Positions 18,994 to 27,516 of a stretch of 64,000 nt of DNA are shown piece after piece. A program made the position numbers and the translations under genes. This DNA comes from Anaerohalosphaeraceae bacterium (lineage in GTDB: Bacteria; Planctomycetota; Phycisphaerae; Sedimentisphaerales; Anaerohalosphaeraceae): NCBI GenBank assembly GCA_963675525.2, contig CAXXSL010000011.1:96001-160000 (forward strand), written 5' to 3'. Below the pieces are notes generated by a model. The model searched no databases. It worked only from the letters and a program-made list of their open reading frames with translations, and had not been told where the DNA came from. Every line of letters starts with the position of its first letter. The first letter of the stretch is position 1.

Positions 18994-19213
18994 ATATAAG
19001 AACTTATAAAAAAGTTACAAAGCCCATCATAATACAAGAAAAGTACATCCTAAAAGGGCTAATGTCAATTTTTTTCTTTCATTTCACCTGCAAAAATGCT
19101 AATATGTCGCCGTAATTGTGAAAGCAGCCGCCGGAGGCGGTAACGAAAACGAAGATTCTGATTCGCCCCGAGGTGGACAGATTTTTTTCTTATATAGGAT
19201 ATCAACCGGAAAA

Positions 19214-20308
19214 ATGACAGGACAGGATACAAAAAATACGGTCAATCAGTATCTGCCGTTCGAGCAGGAGGTCTCCCAGATCGACCAGGAGATCGAGCAG
19301 CTTCGTACCCAGGACGAACGGGGATCGATACAGGGAAAAAACGCCCTGCATATCCGAAAACTCCAGGTACGGCAGACAGACCTTCTCAAAAATATCTATT
19401 CGACTCTCTCACCCTGGCAAACCGTTCAGGTGTCGCGCCATCCGCAGCGTCCCCTGCTGGGGGATTACCTGAATCTGATGTTCAAGGATATCCGCCAACT
19501 GCACGGTGATCGTTGTTTCGGCGACGACCCGGCGATCGTTACCGCCCTGGGACAGATCGGGCATCAGCGTGTGATGATCATCGGGCAAAATAAAGGCAAA
19601 GACATCAAAGAGAAAGTCGCCTGCAACTTCGGTTGCCCCAACCCGGAAGGTTACCGCAAGGCCCTGGCCAAGATGAAACTGGCCGAAAAATACGGACTGC
19701 CAATTGTGACATTGATCGATACGCCGGGCGCTTATCCGGGTATCGGAGCCGAAGAACGCGGCCAGTCACAAGCGATTGCCGTAAACCTGATGGAAATGTC
19801 ACGGCTGCGTGTGCCAATCGTCTGCGTAATCATCGGCGAAGGCGGTTCCGGCGGCGCATTGGGCATTGGTGTCGGTGACAAAGTCGCGATCCTCGAACAT
19901 GCATATTACTCGGTGATTTCTCCGGAAGGCTGTGCGGCCATTCTCTGGCACGACGGAACACAGGCGCCGATTGCCGCTGAGGCCCTGCGTCTGACGGGCA
20001 AAGAACTTTTGAATCTGAAACTTGTGGACGCAGTTATTCAGGAACCCCTCGGCGGCGCTCACCGGAATGTCCACGACACGATCTATAACGTCGAACAATA
20101 TATCACTAAGACACTCAGGCAGCTTAAACGCACTCCGATCGACAAACTGGTAGATGTCCGTTACCAGAAACTGCGGGATATCGGTGCCAATTGTGCCCGG
20201 GCATATGATGCATCTGTAAAACAAGACAAACCGGAAATCCCCGAACATTTGTCATTGAAAGCCCAGTTGGCAATATCACAAAAGGAAAATGCAGCCAACC
20301 CGAATTAA
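19214..20308 (+). CDS. accA: Acetyl-CoA carboxylase carboxyltransferase alpha subunit
   Basis: YLPFE, RHPQRP, LHGDR.FGDD, PEGYRKA, DTPGAYPGIGAEERGQ, GEGGSGGALG, YSVISPEGCA, EPLGGAH. Confidence 0.96.
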   Translation: MTGQDTKNTVNQYLPFEQEVSQIDQEIEQLRTQDERGSIQGKNALHIRKLQVRQTDLLKNIYSTLSPWQTVQVSRHPQRPLLGDYLNLMFKDIRQLHGDRCFGDDPAIVTALGQIGHQRVMIIGQNKGKDIKEKVACNFGCPNPEGYRKALAKMKLAEKYGLPIVTLIDTPGAYPGIGAEERGQSQAIAVNLMEMSRLRVPIVCVIIGEGGSGGALGIGVGDKVAILEHAYYSVISPEGCAAILWHDGTQAPIAAEALRLTGKELLNLKLVDAVIQEPLGGAHRNVHDTIYNVEQYITKTLRQLKRTPIDKLVDVRYQKLRDIGANCARAYDASVKQDKPEIPEHLSLKAQLAISQKENAANPN

Positions 20309-20324
20309 TTCGAAAAAACAAACA

Positions 20325-20357
20325 AAAAGCCGGAGTGAAGGATTCACTCCGGCTTTT
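20325..20357. terminator. Bidirectional intrinsic terminator between convergent accA and rpiB
   Basis: AAAAGCCGGAGTGAA-GGA-TTCACTCCGGCTTTT perfect stem with A/T tails. Confidence 0.85.
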
Positions 20358-20382
20358 CAACTATATTCTTAGGGGACAAAAA

Positions 20383-20853
20383 CTATTGGGTCGTTGTGAT
20401 TTCCCTGGGATCATGACCCTCTTCGATAGCCTCTATCTTACGAACACGACGAAGGTGACGTCCGGCTACAAACTCGGTCGTCAGCCATGTTTCCACAACT
20501 TTCCGCATCATGGTCGGCCCCAGCAAATCCCCCGACAAACACAATACATTCGCATCATTATGTTCGCGGGACAGTTTGGCCGCCAGTTCATCAAAACACA
20601 ATGCCGCACGGATGCCCTTGATCTTGTTGGCCGCAATGCTCATGCCAATACCCGTCCCGCAGACCAGAATCGCACGGTCGGCCTGCTTTTCGGCGACCGC
20701 CAGGGAGGCTACATAGGCCGTATCCGGATAATCCACAGGCTGATCGCTCGGGTTGGCAAAATCCAGACACTCAAAACCCAATTGCGAAATAATCGCTTTG
20801 ATCTGCTCGATTGCTTTGTGTCCTCGATGGTCATTTGCAACTGCAATTTTCAT
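20383..20853 (-). CDS. rpiB: Ribose-5-phosphate isomerase B
   Basis: DHRG, DYPD, CGTGIGMSIAANK..GIRAALC, REHNDANVLCL, GRH.RR. Confidence 0.95.
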   Translation of the reverse strand: MKIAVANDHRGHKAIEQIKAIISQLGFECLDFANPSDQPVDYPDTAYVASLAVAEKQADRAILVCGTGIGMSIAANKIKGIRAALCFDELAAKLSREHNDANVLCLSGDLLGPTMMRKVVETWLTTEFVAGRHLRRVRKIEAIEEGHDPREITTTQ

Positions 20854-21971
20854 AAAATCTCGCCTACTCGTTGTTTAACAGCCTTTTCAATCTGATTAAA
20901 ACATTGCTGATAGACTCCTACCCCCATACCTATGGGGTCAGCAATATCACCGTCTGCATCCAGCAAAAAACATTTGTCCGCCGCTTGCGGATAATGCTCA
21001 ATAATACTCTGCAAATGACCACCACCCATGACAAAAATACGATCATATGCTTCGATCTCATGGGATGTCAGCGGAAGACTTCGGTGTTCTTCCAATTCGA
21101 CGCCCTGCTGTCGGCAAACCTCAATCGCATGAGAACTTGCCGGCATTCCTACCATTGCAGCGACCCCTGCAGAACTCATGATATACCCGAAATCATCCAG
21201 TTCGTCAACCGAACAACCTAAAATGTCACAAAAATGTTTTCGGCACACCGCTTCGGCCATCGGACTTCGGCATGTATTGCCCGTACAAACAAACACCATT
21301 CGAAGTGTCGTCAATTCACGAATTCGATCAGGGGAAACCGCCCCCTGCCGAAGTATTTGGACATGCGAGTTACCTATTTTAACAACCGTACTGCTTTTAG
21401 GTGTGTTTTGTCCGGTAACAGGTGCATCAACAATCGCATCAATAACACCGTCAAAATAGGCGGCCACCTGCTCACACGTTCCGGCAGGTTCCCTGCCTGC
21501 GGGGTTTGCACTGGGGGCCACCACCGGACACTGTGCCTCGGACAGGATCGCCCCCGCCACCGGGTGATCCGGACAGCGAATCCCGATTGTATCATTGGAA
21601 TACAGAAGTTTGACGGTATTTTCGTCCAGTTTTTCTCTAACCTGAGTCAGTGACTTTTCATCAAGCTCGAAGACAATGGTCAACGGCCCGGGCAGCGCGT
21701 TGCGTACCAGCTTACGGGCACGTAATGACATTCGGGGCACATAGCGGTCAATCTGTTCGGGACGGCCGACATGGAGAGTATAGCGTTTATCGGGATGTCT
21801 GCCTTTGACCAAATCCAACCGCTTCATCGCATTGGGCTCGGCCCGGCAACCAATACCATACACCGTCTCGGTAGGAAACGCGACTAATGAGCCGGCCTCC
21901 AGCATTCGAGCTGCCTTTTGAACCGCCTTCACGTCGTTCTCATCTCTGATTTTTATAATTTCAGTCTTCAT
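20850..21971 (-). CDS. Sua5/TsaC threonylcarbamoyl-AMP synthase fused to a low-molecular-weight protein phosphatase (YwlE-like)
   Basis: VAFPTETVYG, KGR, PGPLT, GIRCP, SANPAG, STVV, then FVCTGNTCRSPMAE and DIADP.G. Confidence 0.92.
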   Translation of the reverse strand: MKTEIIKIRDENDVKAVQKAARMLEAGSLVAFPTETVYGIGCRAEPNAMKRLDLVKGRHPDKRYTLHVGRPEQIDRYVPRMSLRARKLVRNALPGPLTIVFELDEKSLTQVREKLDENTVKLLYSNDTIGIRCPDHPVAGAILSEAQCPVVAPSANPAGREPAGTCEQVAAYFDGVIDAIVDAPVTGQNTPKSSTVVKIGNSHVQILRQGAVSPDRIRELTTLRMVFVCTGNTCRSPMAEAVCRKHFCDILGCSVDELDDFGYIMSSAGVAAMVGMPASSHAIEVCRQQGVELEEHRSLPLTSHEIEAYDRIFVMGGGHLQSIIEHYPQAADKCFLLDADGDIADPIGMGVGVYQQCFNQIEKAVKQRVGEIL

Positions 21972-22036
21972 CGCAAAAGGAAATTAACATATTCAGGGCC
22001 CAATTTCCATTAAAAACAGCAAGCCTCTGAAGCATA

Positions 22037-22561
22037 TCAAATCTGCCGGGACAATTCCTCACAAAAGATATCGTAAGCATCCCGACTATACAGGCAGAAT
22101 ATCACTTTTTTCAAACGTGTATCCCCCTTAAGATATTGGATTGTATTTTTGAGCATGATCTTCGCACAGCGATCTTTGGGATACCCGAAAATGCCCGTAC
22201 TGATCGCACAAAAGGCCAGACTCGAAATGTTATTTTTTTCTGTAACTTTAAGGGTATTCAGAGTCGCCAGAGTGAGCTTATTATCTTCATCACCTTCGCC
22301 CATCCGCGGACCGACTGCATGAATGACATACTTTGCCTTCAACTGTCCTGCCGTTGTGATCACCGCCTGTCCGACCTTGATCGGTGCTTTTTGGTTGCAT
22401 TCGTTCTGAATAGCCGAACCGCCTTTTTGGCGGATCGCCCCGGCGACGCCGCCGCCGAGAATTAACTGAGAATTGGCGGCATTGACAACCGCATCGACTT
22501 GCTGTTCGGTAATATCCCCCTGCATAAGTTCGAGATATGTTTGATTGATTATTGTTTCCAT
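22037..22561 (-). CDS. Macro-domain protein (O-acetyl-ADP-ribose deacetylase, YmdB-like)
   Basis: GDIT...DAVVNAAN..L..GGGV.GAI, VIHAVGP, AISTGIFGYP; SD GAGGAG before ATG 22561. Confidence 0.93.
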   Translation of the reverse strand: METIINQTYLELMQGDITEQQVDAVVNAANSQLILGGGVAGAIRQKGGSAIQNECNQKAPIKVGQAVITTAGQLKAKYVIHAVGPRMGEGDEDNKLTLATLNTLKVTEKNNISSLAFCAISTGIFGYPKDRCAKIMLKNTIQYLKGDTRLKKVIFCLYSRDAYDIFCEELSRQI

Positions 22562-22794
22562 AAGACTCCTCTTGATCTCGATTGTCATTGCCACATCGTT
22601 TCCGGCGGCGAATGAACACGATCCCGAAGCCTATCAAACCTGCTCCGATAACACAAGCAACGAATGTCTTGCCATGAAAACTAACTTTTCCGGACGGCAA
22701 CAGTATTGGCTTTTACGATTTTTTAAAAAACACACTATCCAATAATGAATTTGAATATTTGATTCACGTTGATTTAATCTACTTTTGAAACAGG

Positions 22795-24510
22795 TTATCG
22801 AAGTCCCTTGAAGTTAGCTTCGCCACCGTTAAGATGATAAATCAACGGCAATGGACGGTCCATGCCTTCAATGAAGGCAGGTCTGGCTGCCCACGGCGTT
22901 GCACTGATGACCCCTGTCAAATCCATCCAATATTGTAATCGAGACACCGGCAGATTCCATGTCATGTGCAGATGATTGGCCGGGGCATACTGTTTGTATT
23001 CAACCATGCTGGCATATTTCGGAACAACAAAAGTATGCGGCCAGTTCGGATCCGTCAAATTACACATCACCTGTCCGAGTTTGTTGGGAACGCTGGTTGT
23101 ATAGGCCTCGTCCCAGATCAGGCTGAACTTGTTATTCAACGCGCTATACGCCATGCGTCCGGCCAGCCCCTCGATCCCCGCCGGAGTCATAAACGTCACC
23201 GAATTCCCGCCGCCCGGGAAATACTCTGCGCCGGCCAGCGGCATCGAAATCCCCTTCATGATGTCCTTGACCGCGGTTCCCGGCCGGGCCGCCCAGTCAA
23301 AAGACGCACTTCCGGAGTTGTCGCCATCCACCAGGCCCTTGCGGATATAGTCGGCTTTCGGACTGACCTTGATGCCGTGCTTTTGAGCCAGCGCCTTGAT
23401 CTCCCAACCTTCCCAGGCCTTGCGGAAATCCATAAACAGCGGCGGGTTGCCGCCGGACAGCCACGTAAAGAACAGCATTGTCAGCAATCCCTGCATATCC
23501 GCCTCGGTCGCGTAGGGCAGCGGCGCCTTGGACCCCTTGTGGTCAAATGTACTGTTAAACATCGACTCCATCGCGTCCGCCACCGGCAGCGGCAATCCAC
23601 GCAAGTCGCTGCCCCACTCAAGCTGGCTCATGAATCCGCCGCCAACGGCATTGAGCTCGGCCATCAAGTCGCGGTTAATCAGGTACATCGCAAGACTGGT
23701 ATTGAAACGCTCGTTGTCCGCTTCGGTCTTCAGTTCAAGCCGTTTGCCGATACTCTTATTGATCCAGCCGCGGAGTTCGGCCAGTTCTTTTTTATTATAG
23801 GCGCCCTTTGTGAGCATATCGGCCAGCAGTTTCATGTCCAGCCGGGTAATTTCAATGCCGAAGGTATTGCGTGTCGGAATAATATGTGCCAAGGCCGTTT
23901 CCATTCCCATGGAATCATGCCCAAACACCATCACACGCCGTCCGCGAAGCGCCACCACCGTCACAGCCGCATAGCACCAATCAATCAATGCCGCCACCGT
24001 CGGGTCCGACATCTTGGGTTTCAAACCGGTGTCCGGCCAGTTGCCGACGTTCAGGTGCACCATCTTGCCGTATTGACTGATCGCACCGGCCAGCGCGTGA
24101 GCATAAACCACGCCCGGCTTCGGCCCGCTGTTGCCGCAGGTAATATTCAGCGGCGTATCTTTCGGGAACTGCTGCAAAAGTGAAATCGCCGTCAATTGCG
24201 GAAACGCCCACGTATCGGGAGCACAGACGAGAATATTTACGCCTGCCTGACGAAATTGCTCCGCCACCACATCCGCCTGTGCCTCACTATCCACAAGAAC
24301 GGATGAATAAACCACCTCCACCGCCTGTTTATCCGGCAGAACCACCTGACCGCTGATCGTATCGGCCACTATCGCGATAATATTCTGTGCGCGTATCCGG
24401 CTGGCCGCGTCAATACGCGGATCACACGGAGCAAAAACCCCGATTACCGGAGTTTTAGGACTTGCTTTTCTGATTACGGGAAGACATTTCGAGTTGATTT
24501 TTTCAGCCAT
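22795..24510 (-). CDS. L-fucose/D-arabinose isomerase family protein (FucI-like)
   Basis: PGVVY, SMGM, ATEAD, FMDFR, NSG, WPHTF, ANH motifs; directly downstream of a GH29. Confidence 0.8.
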   Translation of the reverse strand: MAEKINSKCLPVIRKASPKTPVIGVFAPCDPRIDAASRIRAQNIIAIVADTISGQVVLPDKQAVEVVYSSVLVDSEAQADVVAEQFRQAGVNILVCAPDTWAFPQLTAISLLQQFPKDTPLNITCGNSGPKPGVVYAHALAGAISQYGKMVHLNVGNWPDTGLKPKMSDPTVAALIDWCYAAVTVVALRGRRVMVFGHDSMGMETALAHIIPTRNTFGIEITRLDMKLLADMLTKGAYNKKELAELRGWINKSIGKRLELKTEADNERFNTSLAMYLINRDLMAELNAVGGGFMSQLEWGSDLRGLPLPVADAMESMFNSTFDHKGSKAPLPYATEADMQGLLTMLFFTWLSGGNPPLFMDFRKAWEGWEIKALAQKHGIKVSPKADYIRKGLVDGDNSGSASFDWAARPGTAVKDIMKGISMPLAGAEYFPGGGNSVTFMTPAGIEGLAGRMAYSALNNKFSLIWDEAYTTSVPNKLGQVMCNLTDPNWPHTFVVPKYASMVEYKQYAPANHLHMTWNLPVSRLQYWMDLTGVISATPWAARPAFIEGMDRPLPLIYHLNGGEANFKGLR

Positions 24511-24591
24511 CACGTTGACTCCTTTTAATTTAATAAGTCAGCTCTGTCTTATTGAACAGTGCTGCCCGGCATAATTGCCTGTTTCTTTGGA

Positions 24592-26361
24592 TTAATCTTT
24601 TACTGGAACCAATCGAACGGAACGAATATTGATCGGCTGCCACTTATCCTTAACCGGCTTGATCTCGAGAGTACATTCTCCCTTTTGCTCCAGAGTTAAC
24701 TGCCCCAGCGACATTTGCTCAAATGTATCATAACCTCCGGTGGAATGAATCGTCGCGGTCAACTTTTGATCGCCAAGCAGGATCTCAAACTGACTTTCGG
24801 ATGCTTCCACCGCCAGATCAGTAACAACTTCAAACCGTCCGGGACGGTCAATATCGAACGACCAACTCACCCAGATTCGTTCATCCGTCCAGTAGCCGAT
24901 ATTCAAGACGCCATCCTTTGTTTCAAGTTTCGTATCGGTCCCCATCCGGTTATGGATGTCGGCGAGAATAGCCGACAGTGTCAGGGTTCCATCCGCCGTT
25001 TGTTTCGGAAGAACTTTTTTAATAGTAAGTTGGCCTTTGACCTTCAGCACAACAACCGTATCGATCGCATCCAGGGTTTTTTGGGGCAGGTAGACCGTCA
25101 CGCCCGAATCGTCCAATGCGGTTTTAACGGGCTGATTGTCCGCTAACAGAGTCGCCTCCTGAACAACATTCCCAAGCCCCGGAACCGATAGTTTTCCATC
25201 GGCCGGCCAGTCAAATACATGCAGATAAAGAATCGCACCGTCATTCATACTCTTTTTTGTGCAGCGGCCCCAGGTCAACTTAGCAAAAGGACTGGCGGTG
25301 GTGCCGTAGATCGATTCTCCGTTAATCTTCATCCATTGACCGATTTCCTGCAGACGTTCAATGCTGGGTTGCGGAATTTCCCCCAGCGACGTCGGCCCGA
25401 CATTCAGCAGGTAATTGCCGCCCTTGCTGGCGATATCCACCAAGTTTCGAATCAATGTTTGGGTCGATTTCCAATTATTGTCATAACTCTTATACCCCCA
25501 GGTATCGTTCATGGTCATGCAGGTTTCCCAGTCACGGTCTTTGTAGCCTGTGGCCGGAATGTGCTGTTCAGGGGTTTCCGTATCACCCCTGTATCCGCCC
25601 CCGAGGCGATTGTTCGTAATAATCCCCGGTTGCAGAGCGATCAACGGCTCAAGTATGTCGGCACGCTCTTGGGACATATCGTTCGGCGTATCCCACCACA
25701 GGACGGCAATGTCGCCATAATTGGTCAGGATTTCGTTGACCTGCGGGGCAGCGATGGTCTTGAGATACTCATCCATGCTGCCGTCCTGGGCCGGGTCCCA
25801 ATGCCCGCCCGCGGCCGCTCCACCCGGATGATTCCAGTCCTGTGCCTGTGAATAATAGAATCCCAACTTGATGCCATACTTACGGCATGCTTCGGCCAGC
25901 GGTTTGAGCAGATCTTTTCCATAAGGCGTAGCATCCACCACGTCCCAGTCAGTCACTTTGGAGTCAAACAGGGCAAAACCGTCATGGTGCTTGGATGTGA
26001 TCACGATGTATTTCATCCCGGCTTCTTTGGCCAGGCGCACCCATGCATCCGGATCATACTTGACAGGGTTGAATTGTGTGGCATAGGCTTTATAGACCGC
26101 CACCGGAATCTTGCCCCGATTCATGATCCATTCCCCGATACCAGAAATCTGCTGCCCGTCGTAGGTTCCTGCCGGGACGGAATAGACTCCCCAATGAATG
26201 AACATGCCAAACCGCGCATCACGCCACCACTGCATCCGGGTGTCCCGCTGTTCTTTGGTTTCAGCCTGATACGGCCAAGTCGAAACTTCCTCTGATTTGA
26301 AACATCCGCTGACACTTAAGATCAACAGCGCCCACAGGAATCGCTTGATTGAATGCAGCAC
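24592..26361 (-). CDS. Alpha-L-fucosidase (GH29), lipoprotein, with C-terminal CBM-like domain
   Basis: WWRDARFGMFIHWGVYS, TSKHHDGF, LWWD, WETCMTMNDTWGY, GNYLLNVGP; lipobox VSG-C; probable GTG start after AAAGGGG. Confidence 0.93.
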   Translation of the reverse strand: MLHSIKRFLWALLILSVSGCFKSEEVSTWPYQAETKEQRDTRMQWWRDARFGMFIHWGVYSVPAGTYDGQQISGIGEWIMNRGKIPVAVYKAYATQFNPVKYDPDAWVRLAKEAGMKYIVITSKHHDGFALFDSKVTDWDVVDATPYGKDLLKPLAEACRKYGIKLGFYYSQAQDWNHPGGAAAGGHWDPAQDGSMDEYLKTIAAPQVNEILTNYGDIAVLWWDTPNDMSQERADILEPLIALQPGIITNNRLGGGYRGDTETPEQHIPATGYKDRDWETCMTMNDTWGYKSYDNNWKSTQTLIRNLVDIASKGGNYLLNVGPTSLGEIPQPSIERLQEIGQWMKINGESIYGTTASPFAKLTWGRCTKKSMNDGAILYLHVFDWPADGKLSVPGLGNVVQEATLLADNQPVKTALDDSGVTVYLPQKTLDAIDTVVVLKVKGQLTIKKVLPKQTADGTLTLSAILADIHNRMGTDTKLETKDGVLNIGYWTDERIWVSWSFDIDRPGRFEVVTDLAVEASESQFEILLGDQKLTATIHSTGGYDTFEQMSLGQLTLEQKGECTLEIKPVKDKWQPINIRSVRLVPVKD

Positions 26362-26528
26362 ATTAATCCCCTTTTCCAAAATAGCTAAGAATTGTATCAT
26401 TCGTGTTTACCACGGCACAAATTATGAATTTAACGTTTTTATTATGTTAATCAAAAATTTTATTCTTTCCATATACGATTTACAGTTTTTAATGGACATT
26501 TCACAGGTTTTTGAATATATTAGCAACC

Positions 26529-27428
26529 ATGCTCGGACTGAAAACAATTATCGACAATCTGGATATTACGGTACTCAACATTGAACTGCACACCGTCAGG
26601 ACCGAATGGGACTACCAAAACGTGAATAATCCTTATTCAAGGATTTATTATATAACGGAAGGATACGGCACTCTACGCCATCATCACCGGGACTATGAAC
26701 TGTTGCCACACCACATCTACCTGATTCCCTGCTATACAAACGTCACGATGTTCTGTTCCGGTCAGTTTACTCATTTTTATGTGCATTTCACCTCACGGCT
26801 TCAGACGGGTTTGGACATTCTTTCGCTTTTCAAATGTAATTTTGAGGCTCCCGCTGCCGAAAACGGGATCAGCTTATCCCTGTTCGAGCGTCTTTTGGCC
26901 CTGAATCCCAATAAGGAACTCATCGAATACGACGCCAAAAAGCCAATCTATAAACAGGTGCTTGATCGTGCTATTGAATTAGATCAGGACAAATCGCCCG
27001 GCAACATTTTTGAGACAAACGCAATTATACGACTGCTTCTTTCCGTCTTCTTCAGAGACTACGATCACCCGCAAATCTATAATACACTGCATGGTTTGAA
27101 ACGATTCGACGGAGTTCTTGAATATATTCACGAAAATCTGAATACCCCCCTGACCATTCAGCAGCTTGCTGGAATTGCCAATTTGAATTCGACCTATTTT
27201 TCAAATCTATTCAGTAAACTGATCGGCATGTCGCCAATTCAATACATCAATAAAAGGCGGATTGAAGAAGCTCAAAAGCACCTTCTCTGTACGGATGAAA
27301 CTCTTTATCAAATCGCACAAAGAGTGGGTTTTTCCGATGAATATTATTTCTCGCGCATCTTCAAAAAAACGGTTGGAATTTCTCCGAATCATTATCGAAA
27401 ACAAGAGACTCTTCTTCATCAGCGATAA
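26529..27428 (+). CDS. AraC-family transcriptional regulator (divergent from GH29-fucI)
   Basis: N-terminal cupin (RIYYI.EG.G) and C-terminal double HTH (IAQRVGFSDEYYFSRIFKKTVGISP..YR). Confidence 0.95.
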   Translation: MLGLKTIIDNLDITVLNIELHTVRTEWDYQNVNNPYSRIYYITEGYGTLRHHHRDYELLPHHIYLIPCYTNVTMFCSGQFTHFYVHFTSRLQTGLDILSLFKCNFEAPAAENGISLSLFERLLALNPNKELIEYDAKKPIYKQVLDRAIELDQDKSPGNIFETNAIIRLLLSVFFRDYDHPQIYNTLHGLKRFDGVLEYIHENLNTPLTIQQLAGIANLNSTYFSNLFSKLIGMSPIQYINKRRIEEAQKHLLCTDETLYQIAQRVGFSDEYYFSRIFKKTVGISPNHYRKQETLLHQR

Positions 27429-27516
27429 ACTCAACAGTCGTTATTGAGATCACGATAACGATAAGTTTGGAGGATGTGCAGATTTTCATATTTCATCTCT
27501 CCGCATCTAATGATCT

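Noticed and set aside
22290..22700. 136-aa ORF with a TM segment and basic tail (FVACVIGAGLIGFGIVFIRRRKR)
   Set aside because: Mostly overlaps the macro-domain gene out of frame; the first ~35 codons might be an orphan membrane-anchor remnant but cannot be supported
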